A stretch of DNA of 63,958 nucleotides, filler included, from Rozella allomycis CSF55 (lineage: Eukaryota), in the NCBI GenBank assembly GCA_000442015.1. It is 16 parts of 16 records of this genome, joined end to end, with 100 filler letters (N's around TTAATTAATTAA, not from the genome) between each part and the next. Parts side by side here need not be neighbours in the genome. Positions count along the whole stretch, not along the records: positions 47,914 to 49,458 come from KE560952.1; positions 49,559 to 51,415 come from KE560953.1; positions 51,516 to 56,221 come from KE560954.1; positions 56,322 to 57,677 come from KE560955.1; positions 57,778 to 62,369 come from KE560956.1; 11 more parts are not named here. One strand, given 5' to 3'. This document shows, in pieces, positions 47,914 through 58,345 of the stretch (positions within the stretch are counted from its first letter, which is position 1; the number at the start of each line of letters is the position of its first letter). The position numbers were made by a program, and so were the translations under genes. The notes under the pieces were generated by a model. The model had not been told where the DNA came from, ran no database searches, and worked only from the letters and a program-made list of their open reading frames with translations.

Positions 47914-49400
47914 GCGGCCTGGAATATTTGCCCAGGTAGGGTGGTATTTCGTACGTGCCACAAGGCATCGTGAATCCAAATGTTCACCGAAGTTGTTGAG
48001 CCCCCGTGTTTGGTAGGCCCCATAGTAGGTCGTTGCGAATTTTTTTGGGAAGTTGTAATTTGGCCTTTACGAATTGAATAAGAAGTTTGTCAAATTTGTG
48101 CAGCTGTGCATCAGTCATTGGTGTAAGCCTTACACGATAAGTCAATTTAGGGATAAGAACTGTATTGCAAATTTCAATGGCAATAGGGCCTGATATAGAT
48201 TTCCGGGACACTAGGTAAAGAAGTTGTTTGAGTTCAGCATATGCGTGGTCAATAGTGGCTAGCGAAGAACTTTCCATGGTGCGGAACATACCAAGCGTGC
48301 GGAAAACATAATTGGAATCAAATTTGTGAGGTATTGGTTGATGGTCAACGTAAATGTATCCGGGTAGTATGTTTTGGAGAACGTCATTTGTTACATTTGC
48401 GATGGTGGCACATTTTGGTGGTTGCATTGTCATGCGATTATGAAAAAGAAAGTCATGCGTAGTGTCAAAACTAACCTGCAATGTGGAAGTTGAATCTGAT
48501 ACTATTGTTTTATCGTCTGCAGAACCGAATACTGATATATTAATTGATTCTGAAACGACAAACCCTAGTTGGGAGGTTTGGAGTTTACAAAGAAGTGGTT
48601 CATAGAAAATTGTCCATAAAATGGGGGATATGGGGTCGCCTTGCGGAACGCCACGTTTAACTGTGAATGCTGCTGTATAGCCGTAGTAAGACTCGATCAT
48701 GACTGTGCGGTTAGCTTCCAGACCTAGAATAAGTTGGATAAATTGAAGTGGTAATTTAAGGCGTATAAGTGATTTCCTGATGGCTTCGGGAGGTACAGTG
48801 TCGAAAGCTTTAGCTACGTCTACGAGACCCAGCCAGATTTGTCGCTTTTGAAAGTTAGCAATGTCAATGGTGTTAGTTAAAATAGACAGGGAATCAAATG
48901 TGGACATATTTTGGCGAAATCCAAAGCTTGGTCCTTGTAAAATGGAGTGTGTCTCAAGTGTTGTTGTTAATCGTTTAGTAAAAATCGAGGTAAATAACTT
49001 TCGAAACGTTTCGAGTAATGTGATTGGTCTCAATTTATCTAGTTCGCCAGCCCAGTTATTGATCTTTGGTAAGAGAATGATTTTCCCAGTGTTAACTTTA
49101 TTTGGGAGAAAACCTGTTGTCATCGTAATATTAAAGAGGATAACTATAATTTGCAATGGAAGTTGTGGTAAAATTTTCCAAATCTCGTTAGTTAAGCCTG
49201 TCATGCCAGGCGCTTTTTTCTTGGGACTGTCGGATATAATGGCTTGAAGCTCAAGAATTGTAACTGGTTGCATTAACGTTGAGTAAATGTTTGGATTAAT
49301 GTGCTCAAGTGGTGGAAAATTGTCGTCCCAGTNATTTTCTTGGGACTGTCGGAGATAGTGGCTTGAGGCTCACGAATTGTAACTGGTTGCATTAACGTTT
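47914..49400 (-). mobile_element. Non-LTR (LINE) reverse transcriptase fragment
   Basis: KAPGMTG, LRPITLLETFRK, GFRQNMST, VDVAKAFDTV, GVPQGDPISP and GSADD. Confidence 0.95.
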
Positions 49401-50254
49401 GTCAAGAATATTAAATTCATTGCCAATTAATTTAATTAATTAAATGGAAATTTACTAANNNNNNNNNNNNNNNNNNNNNNNNNNNNNNNNNNNNNNNNNN
49501 NNTTAATTAATTAANNNNNNNNNNNNNNNNNNNNNNNNNNNNNNNNNNNNNNNNNNNNACCTGATCAATGTCTTTTGGAATACACGATGCAGATGTTTTT
49601 GTAAGGACAAGAAATCTGGTCTTTCCATTACCGCTATGATGTGCGTTTAACTTGTAACAGTTCGCTAAATACCCAAAATCTCGCCGATTTTGTTTTGGCA
49701 TTGGCGGCAATGCAAAGCTGTCTCCATGAATAATATATATTTACCAATGGTCTTCTTTCCTTGCGAGGAAAGCAATGATGCTCCTGTTTATTTGATCAAC
49801 ATCAAATGCACATTTTTTTAGTTTCTTCATGTGCTTTGGCTTCGTTCCCTTTTTCTTTTTTGTCTGTTTATTGTTTCCAATAGCCTTTGAATTATGAATA
49901 AAACTATTGGCCAAAGTTATAGATCTTCCAAAATCTTCCTCAGAATCAGTGTCACTTGAAACTATAACATCACTATTTAATTCGCCGTGCTGTAAGGCTT
50001 CTTGTAGTTTCTCTATATCAACATCTGACGCATTCTGTCTTAATGTAAAATGTACAAAATACATCTATGTAGTCTTTGTATGTCTCTGATTCAGAACTAT
50101 GACTTTCTGAACTGCTAGAAATACGTATAAAATCTTCCATTACAAAATCCGAATTTTCCAAAAACCATCATAGATCTGTTTCTAAATATATCACTTTGGA
50201 CAAATTATATGATGATACCTGAAGATGAAACAGGAGAAATCTTACAAGTGTCCA

Positions 50255-51415
50255 ATGTTTTATAGTCATATACGGACAAATATTATCCTCTTTGTCGTTT
50301 TTCAAACAACATTGGAAGCACAAAAACAAACAGACAATTATCTAGAATCGCCAACACTTAACAATACTGCAATACCATCTCCTACGTTGGCTCCTTTTGT
50401 TACAGCGTCGCCTTCACCGACTTTGGCGCCTTTCGTTACGCCGTCTCCCTCTCCAACACTAGCGCCGTTTGTTACACCCTCACCTTCACCAACCTTGGCT
50501 CCTTACGTCATTCCTTCGCCTTCTCCAACCCTTGCTCCTTTCGTGATTCCTTCACCGTCTCCAACACTTGCTCCTTTTGTAATTCCGTCCTCGCCTTGCC
50601 CTTCAAAATCATCTTACGTAATCCCATCTCCTTCTCCCATTCCAATCACGGCTCCTGGTGTAATTCCATCATTAGCACCGGGCGTACTTCCAGATAACTA
50701 TGCTTCTCAATATCAGCACCGTAATCCGCACCCCCAAAAACAGAACAACAACTCTCAAATTAAAGGTGCTTCAACCAACCATGGCAAACAATATAACGGT
50801 GATGATTGGCAAAGCGAAGCGCTTGTATCTAATGTGGCAAATACTCAGGGAAAACAGGCTAGCCTTAATTCCCAAAGCAATGAAAATGTTGCAACAAAAG
50901 GGAATCCTCAACCAGGAACGACAACCGCAAATGGTAATGATGACTCTAAGACTGATTCGACTGGTACTAATAACACGAAAGCACAGGCACCGGGAAATGT
51001 TCCTACAGTATCACCTCCCGCTAGTGAATCATCATATTCGAGTGGTAACTCTAACAATGCTTCTTCCAACGTTGTAAATGATTCCAAATCTGATCCAGAT
51101 TCCAGTTCTTTAAATAGAGACCAACAAAGTTATAATCCGCCGCCGGTAAATTATAATCCAGCAGGTGAACTGGAAGATGAAGAGGATGAAGATCTTCAAT
51201 CAGGAACAACAACAAATGATGCTATGGATTCGAATGATTCTAACGTATCATCGTCAGTAAATTATCCCCCACCAGCTACTAACCCTTCAGTCATAGGTGT
51301 AAACGATTCCAAATCTGGTCCTGATTCTATTTCAACTGTTAGCGATCAACAAAATCAAAGCCAGGGTTCATTAAATTCTTATCCAGTAGATGAAGTTCCA
51401 AAAGGGGATACTCAA
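50255..51415 (+). CDS. Secreted Pro/Ser/Thr-rich repeat protein, 3' partial
   Basis: Signal-like MFYSHIRTNIILFVVFQTTLEA, about seven 12-aa PSPSPTLAPFV(T/I) repeats, then an S/N/D-rich disordered region. Confidence 0.8.
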
Positions 51416-51712
51416 NNNNNNNNNNNNNNNNNNNNNNNNNNNNNNNNNNNNNNNNNNNNTTAATTAATTAANNNNNNNNNNNNNNNNNNNNNNNNNNNNN
51501 NNNNNNNNNNNNNNNAAAGTAAAAAGAATCAATTCAAATAATTGGATTGCTATAAAATAAACGATCAAATTTCTATCAGTCGTGATATCCATTGTCAAGG
51601 AAGAATATCCGAATACGGTATCCACGTCTATTTGTTTGAACGTATCGCGATGCATGATATCATGCATCGATAGAAAATAACTTATTTAAAGCAAATATGC
51701 GGCATGGTTTAT

Positions 51713-52536
51713 TTAAACTTCGATTTGTAATTCTTTCAACTTTTCCATTTTCATCGACTTCTTTTTACGTAACTTTTCTATTCTCTTCTCTTCTTCTTCC
51801 TTTGTTCTAATTCTATTATGTTCTGATCTTGCACGCTTTCTGTAATTTAAAGGTCTAAAGACTTCGTTAGCTCCAACAAAGAGTTCTGGGTGAACTTTTT
51901 CTTTGGGGATCAATTTACCTATATAATAATGACGTACATATGTTACAATGAAGAACATGGCCAAACATTAAATAATTATTCATGGTTTCTGCCACAATTT
52001 CAGCAACCTCTTTTGATTCAAATTCAATAAATCCGTAGTGCTTTGATTTTCCAGTCTATAATATGGTATAATTCATTTTTTACTTTTTTATTGCGAGATA
52101 ATCTTAAGTTCAGAATTTCACCAAACTGCGAAAAGTATGATTGCATTTGAGCCTCATAGAATCCATGAGGGATTCTTCCTAAATATATAACGCCAGATTC
52201 TTCGCTATTTGATTCTTGTTCATTAATTTTTTCCTTTATTTTCTGGCTTATCTGTTTTCTTATTTCAGGAAGCGAGTCAGCGACCGAAACCACTTCGTCA
52301 TCTGAAGAATCATATCCAGTAGCACTAGAGGCATATCCAAATTCTTGAGCAATTTTTTCCCCAGCGTCACTGTTATAATCTGATGCGTTTTCAGTTTTTT
52401 CCTCCACGGGCTTTTCTTGGTTAGCCTTCTTTTTTGATGCCTTTAAAGAAAGCGGAATAAAGCTGGGATCTGGTTGATGCTGTCTCGAAAGAGGAATCTT
52501 ATTCTTTGGAAGATTTGTCGACTTTTTTATCGCCAT
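51713..52536 (-). CDS. NOP15: Nucleolar RRM protein Nop15/NIFK, 3 exons
   Basis: [23 protein letters not shown]...[45 protein letters not shown]. Confidence 0.93.
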
Positions 52537-52554
52537 GACCAGGGTCAAATTATT

Positions 52555-53057
52555 ATGGACGCTGGATTTTCTGAGCCACTGTATATAACCCAAAAGAATG
52601 GTATTTCAAAGTTTGAGAGCAAAAAAGTAATATTAAATTTTATGCAAAATAGATTTCGGACTTGAATAAATCACAAATTTCTTCCACAACCAAATCTACC
52701 GAGAAATGGGCGAGCTTTACTCCTTCTGCCATGACAGAACAGTTACAAAAAGATTTGACATTTCTTGGAATGCGTTCCGCCATTGACACTAAACATTTTT
52801 ACAAAAAGAAGACGTTTGATCCCAAGAACACAAATGTGCAAGTCGGAAAGGTTATCCCAGGCGCTTTAGATTTTATAAGAGAAAGATTGTATGAAAAGAA
52901 ATCAAAGGGTGAAACATGGGTAGAAGAATTGATGAAAGATAAGGAAAAGAGAAAGACTATTAAAGAGAGAATGAAAAAAGTCCAAACTGTTCATGCAGGG
53001 CGCGGGAAAGGATCATATAAACAATTTCAAATGAAGAAAAATAAATTCAAGTTTTAA
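52555..53057 (+). CDS. FCF2: Pre-rRNA processing protein Fcf2, one intron at about 52628-52652
   Basis: MTEQLQKDL..L.MRSAID.KHFYKK, QVGKVI, ERL...K..T.VEELMKD. The start at 52555 is inferred from intron phase. Confidence 0.85.
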
Positions 53058-53086
53058 TAAATGTACATTGTTGTCAATAAAGTAGG

Positions 53087-53585
53087 CTATTGTTCTTTTG
53101 GTGGCTCTAAGACATCTTTATCTGTTTCTTCTAATTGAATTCCTTTATCTTTCAAGTATGACTTTAACTGCCCACTTTGATGCATTTCAAGGATGATGTC
53201 CGCCCCTCCGACAAATTCACCTTTCACAAATATTTGAGGAATGGTAGGCCATTTTCTGATTATAATTAATTGGCCATAATATTACGTGAATTCTTTAACA
53301 CCTTGTCTGAAATCATCACTTGCTAGAACGTTAACTCCTGTTATCCGGGGAACTCCATTCATATAAAGTATTTGGCAAGCAGCTCTACTAAATCCACACT
53401 ATTTTATAAATTTTTAGACTGAAGTTTACCATTGGTCTATCTACAGTGCCTTTCATAAAGACGACAATATCATTTTGCTGGACAGTCTATTTATGCAATT
53501 GACAATCCCATACCTGTTTAATCTTATCCTGGATAGAAGTTGAGAAGAGTCTACTGTATGTTCTTAAAATATTGAGTCTCTGCAT
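53087..53585 (-). CDS. GRX5: Mitochondrial monothiol glutaredoxin, 4 exons (missing from the ORF track)
   Basis: Spliced [18 protein letters not shown]...[26 protein letters not shown]. Introns at 53487-53513, 53399-53429 and 53256-53285; Arg/Ser-rich presequence. Confidence 0.95.
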
Positions 53586-53804
53586 TGATGGAATTTGTAA
53601 GTTTTGTAAATTTCGATTACTTTCTGAAATCGTGCATTCAAAAATCTCGAATTTAAGGAAGAATATACAATTTATTAGTTAAACCTTAATAAGCAATGCC
53701 TCTTAGTCTTTGTGTATAATGTGCAAAGATATGCTTCTTAATTTGAGAAATTTCCCTTTCCTTAATTACCAATTTGGCACAACTGGTACCCTTGTACAAT
53801 CGCC

Positions 53805-54317
53805 ATGTTCATATCCAAATTTTCAAGAAGCATTCTTTCCAACCGTTCTTTCAAGCTACTCCCTCGTATAGCTTCTCGTTTTTACAGTACCGATGAGGAA
53901 GCAGCTGTATTTATTGCCAACCTTTCATATGATGTAACAACAGTGAATTTAAGTTACGTAGACCACAAGTTTAGATCTCCAGGAACATTTATCAGGGTAC
54001 GGGCAACTTGAAAAAGCATTCATTATCCAGGACAGAGAAACTAGACGCTCCAAGGGATATGGGTTTGCAATTTTCTCTGAACAGAAAGACGCAGACAGAG
54101 TTATTAAAGAATTGGATGGCAGTGTGTTTAATGGTAATTGACTGGGTGGTTTTTTATAGGTCGCCGCATGGTTGTAAGACGTAGAGAGCCAAGAGTTGTT
54201 AATGAATCTGCGGAGAGAGCTGAGCAACAAAGTAACATAGAAGAAAGTGCAGTTGAATCAAACGAGTCAACAGAAGAAGTTGAAGCGACTCAAAAAGAGC
54301 AAAGCTCAAACCAATAA
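53805..54317 (+). CDS. Single-RRM RNA-binding protein with mitochondrial presequence, 3 exons
   Basis: MFISKFSRSILSNRSF..RFYST; RNP2 VFIANL; RNP1 RSKGYGFAIF; acidic tail. Confidence 0.85.
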
Positions 54318-54480
54318 ACTATGTACTCTTAATAGCGTTGTCATAAGATTTTATTTAAGATGTATAAATTTAATATTAAATATTTTTCCCGCGGTTTTTA
54401 AACTCTTGTCATGAGTGTTAATTTAAGTCATTCAGAATTTCAGATAACAAATTTTCTAAATTGTAAAATCGCGGTAGCAA

Positions 54481-55003
54481 ATGTGGATGAATAGATTTTA
54501 CCAGTTAAATGATATCAGGAATATGAGAACTATTGGAAGATATCTTTCAACCATGCTATATACCCGTGAACACGAATGGCTTCAAATGTTGGAAAACAAC
54601 GAAGCCAAGATAGGCATAACATCTTACGCTCAAAAAGCATTGGGGGATGTCGTATATGTTGAAATATATTCCGGAAAGACTGTAAAACAGAAAGGTAACA
54701 GCATAAACCGTCGCTGATTAGGTAAATGAAACAATTAATGATTACAGAGAGTATTGGAGCAGTAGAGAGTGTTAAAGCTGCGAGTGATATATATTCTCCT
54801 GCAGATGGAACTATAATAGAGGTGAATGAAAAGGTTGTTGAGTCACCTAAACTGATTAATGATTCGCCTGAGAATGAAGGTAGGATTTTTTTGTGGTTTA
54901 TAAAGGTTGGCTATGTAAATTAAAGGTAGATCCTAATTTTGATTCCAAGATGTTGATGAATGAAGCAGACTATGCCAAGTATTGCAAAGGCGCTAAAGAA
55001 TAA
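54481..55003 (+). CDS. GCV3: Glycine cleavage system H protein, 3 exons
   Basis: [22 protein letters not shown], lipoyl motif [25 protein letters not shown]. Confidence 0.95.
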
Positions 55004-55134
55004 TAAACATGCTGATGCTTCGAACAGAACTCTTTTTCACATTAAAATACAAAAATTGATTATAAAGATTGCTTAAAATGATCTCTTTAAAAACAATTCA
55101 AAATTAAATTCCACTATTTACGAAATTTCAGAAT

Positions 55135-56221
55135 ATGGTGAAAAACAAAGAGCCATATTTAATAGAGCAAGAGTACAACCGGCTGAGAATAGAGCTTGAC
55201 ACATTACATTATCCAGAACCGTTCCGACCCGATGCGATCCCATTAATCCAGCATTTGGTGAGTGATCTAGTGGCGACGACTACTTCGTACAAGTCTGTGA
55301 GTGTGCGTAACCAAGAGTTGTCAGCGGAGAATAAGCGGTTGTTGAGTGAGCAGAGTCCTATGCGAGGACAGATACGTAGCTTGATAGAGGAGAACAACCG
55401 GCTGCATTTGCGTATGATAGAGATGGAGGATGAGCGGGTTAGAAGGGAGCGTGAGATGAAGAGTGTGTTGGGAGGGATGGAGAAGCGGGTTGAGGATTTG
55501 TTGTTTGTGAAGGGGCAGATGAAGAAGATGATGAATCGGGAGCGAATGGAGCGTGAGAAGGGGCGAGTTGAGGATGTTGAGGGGGATGTGAATGTGCGGG
55601 TTGATTTTGAGACTGGGTTGCGGGAGATGGGGGTTGGGGTNAGACTGGGTTGCGGGAGATGGGGGTTGGGGTGACTGTTGGGGTGTGTGATCCGGTGGTG
55701 TTGGATATGGTGAAGGTGATGGAGAGTAGGATAGAGAATGTGAATCTGGAGAAGCTGGAGATGGAAAAGATGATTAGACGGTATGAGGAGGAGGTAATGA
55801 GATTGGATGGGTGTGAGATAGAAAGAGGTGAGTGAAGATGCGAGGAAGAGGAGGGATGAGGAGATTAAGAGATTGATGAATAATTTGGGAAAGGGGTTTA
55901 GAGAAGAGTGGGTTGGAGAGATTGTAGAGAATAGTGAGAATGACAGTAGAATGGAAGCGATGCAGGAGCATATTGATAGTTTGAATGAGAGGATTAGAGA
56001 AATTGAGATTGAAAAGAAGGCGTGTGTGTTTGAATTGGAGAGTAGAATAAAAGAGATGGAAGAAGAGATAAAATATGAGAGGGAGAGGAATGAGAGAATG
56101 AATCGTGAAATTAAAGAAATGGAAGAATTGATAAAGCAAATCAAGAAAGAAGAAAAGTCGAAATTAAAAGAAGAGAAATCAAAGGAAGATAAGAGATTAG
56201 TTGAAGAAGAGAGAATGAAAG
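55135..56221 (+). CDS. CEP135: Centriolar protein Cep135/Bld10, N-terminal part
   Basis: LR.ELD.L.Y......AIPLIQHLVSDLV.TT.SY and L.EENN.LHL..I match the Cep135 N-terminus; followed by coiled coil. Confidence 0.82.
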
Positions 56222-56338
56222 NNNNNNNNNNNNNNNNNNNNNNNNNNNNNNNNNNNNNNNNNNNNTTAATTAATTAANNNNNNNNNNNNNNNNNNNNNNN
56301 NNNNNNNNNNNNNNNNNNNNNTCGAAAACGTATTTTAA

Positions 56339-56390
56339 ATAGTTTCGGACCCCAGGATCTCTTTTAGATAGTTTCGGACCCCAGGATCTC
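56339..56390. repeat. Perfect 23-bp direct repeat x2 (29-bp period)
   Basis: ATAGTTTCGGACCCCAGGATCTC at 56339-56361 and 56368-56390. Confidence 0.95.
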
Positions 56391-56632
56391 GACCATGCGT
56401 CTCATGCTACAGGAAAATGCGTACCAGGCGATACGCGCATGTTGCGCGTAGATGAAACGCAGATAATACATGTGCACTTTTTGATATGGTTAAGATTATT
56501 AAATATATCTTTATAAAAGACAAGATTGCAACAACTCAAAGGACTGGAAATTGTGGGCAAATAGGCAAATTTGGATAGAATGTAGATGTTACACGCGTAA
56601 AAAGGGAACCATACATTATGAATTGTTAGCTT

Positions 56633-57677
56633 TTATTGTGCATCGCGTAACAGAAAATATGCCATTGCACTGCCACTTATTGGGATTTGTAAGTTGCCTG
56701 AAAAAGGGGGGCCGCTAAATCTAATAATGTTTAACCGGTTATTAAGAGATGGAATGTCCGTAAATGATTTAAAATGTGTGGATTGGTTCATAATAAATAT
56801 TGGAACGTCTTGCTTTAACTTTTGCTGCGTGCCGTCACTGCTTACTGGAATATTCAAAGTGCTTGATTCCGACAATAAAGCTAGAAGGGCTGTTTCCTTT
56901 AGAACGCGAGAGTCAAGAAGTTTCTGTAGTTCGGGAATAACGATAAGCTCCGCGTTTAGTAAAGGTTTGAATTTGTATACTGTGTGTTCGTTAATAAATG
57001 TTTCTGTATTTAAAATATCAGCGATGCCTTGCAAAATCCTGCTTTTGCCAGTGTTGGAAGGCCCGATAATACACAAACGTTTTTTTGCATTGGATACGTC
57101 TTCGAATATGTACTTTAATAAGACAGTTCTAAAATTAAAAATGTCGACGTTATGATTGTGCAGAATGCGATATATATTGTCGACATCATTAGGTCGTTCA
57201 ACAGGGCAAGCCTCAGCTAGTAATTGCATTCTCGATTTCTGTCTTCGAAGTTCTTTGTAAGTTGCATGTCCCCAACGAATTGCTTCATCTACACGTATTC
57301 TCATACTTTTTGAAAAACTATTCTTATTGACAAATTGCTGTAACTTTAGAGCATTGCTTTGAAGAGTAGGATCTTGAGATGTTACGTGCTGTTGAATAAA
57401 TGCGTAGAGACTTGTATCGTCTACAAAATTGTACTCATTCGCTATTTGGTAAAACTGAATCATTGTAATCGCATTACTGGATGATGCTCGAGACACTTTG
57501 GCTGGAAGAGACCCAAACATTACGGAGACATTGTTGGCACACCCATTACAAAATGTTGAGGAGAGGTCGGACAACTTTCCCTTTTTTGCTTTTATTTCAA
57601 GCACGTCGATGTTATGTGCCAACATAATATTTGCAAAGTGCTTGCCTATGCGCTTTGTATTTTTAAAGGATAAAAAA
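56633..57677 (-). CDS. Superfamily 3 helicase protein, parvovirus NS1/CRESS Rep-like, 5' partial
   Basis: Walker A LCIIGPSNTGKS, Walker B-like ELIVIPE, motif C VPIFIMN, Arg finger SLNNRL..IRF. The frame is open to the contig edge. Confidence 0.8.
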
Positions 57678-57777
57678 NNNNNNNNNNNNNNNNNNNNNNN
57701 NNNNNNNNNNNNNNNNNNNNNTTAATTAATTAANNNNNNNNNNNNNNNNNNNNNNNNNNNNNNNNNNNNNNNNNNNN

Positions 57778-58289
57778 ACGGACAAGAGTGAATAGAAAGT
57801 CAAATCTTTAGATTTATCATTCTCATTGCTTCCTGAATTTGCTTTTCCACGATAATACTTGTTAACCAACTTGTTCAATTCGTCAGAATTTTCAGACCAG
57901 TCGTATTCGTGTATTTCAAAGTCAAAGTCGCGGCCATATTTTTGATAAAGACTCTTTAATTCTTTACCAAAGCTAGCCACATTTTTAGTCATTTGTTTAA
58001 CGTATGGAGTTGGATCATTTTTTATGTAAACCTTTTCGGCTTCTTCGGCTTGTTCCTTGTATTTATCGTAAGAGTGGCGACAGCTTTTGGCATCTAGTTT
58101 TGAAAAGAAAGAGTCGGTGTTGCATGATAGGAGGGCTTGATGAAGCTGATCCATAATCTCTTTGAGGTCGTCGGAATGTTCAAAAACATATCTTTGTGAG
58201 TTTACAGGAGCTTCAAACTCAATCTGTATATTTATGGGATGAGCCAAGGAAAGTGTAAACAAAGCTAAGAATAGTAATACCAAGTGCAT
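57778..58289 (-). CDS. Orphan small secreted protein, 3' partial
   Basis: Classic signal peptide MHLVLLFLALFTLSLA-HP. Confidence 0.75.
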
Positions 58290-58345
58290 TCAGATGTGGC
58301 TGAGTACAGTTGTAAAAATAGTCATGACAATTATTTATTTATTTA

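Noticed and set aside
49559-50140. Minus-strand ORF 49741-50064 as a named gene
   Set aside because: It may be an exon of a real gene, but no motif supports a call.
55209-56144. 311-aa antisense ORF opposite CEP135, and similar shadow ORFs at 9116-9661 and 59786-60500
   Set aside because: By-product of the purine-rich, C-poor sense strand, which yields few antisense stops; the translation is low-complexity S/L/I/F.
55135-58289. SF3 helicase element integrated between CEP135 and a secreted-protein gene
   Set aside because: Artificial spacers at 56222 and 57678 isolate the contig, so integration cannot be inferred.
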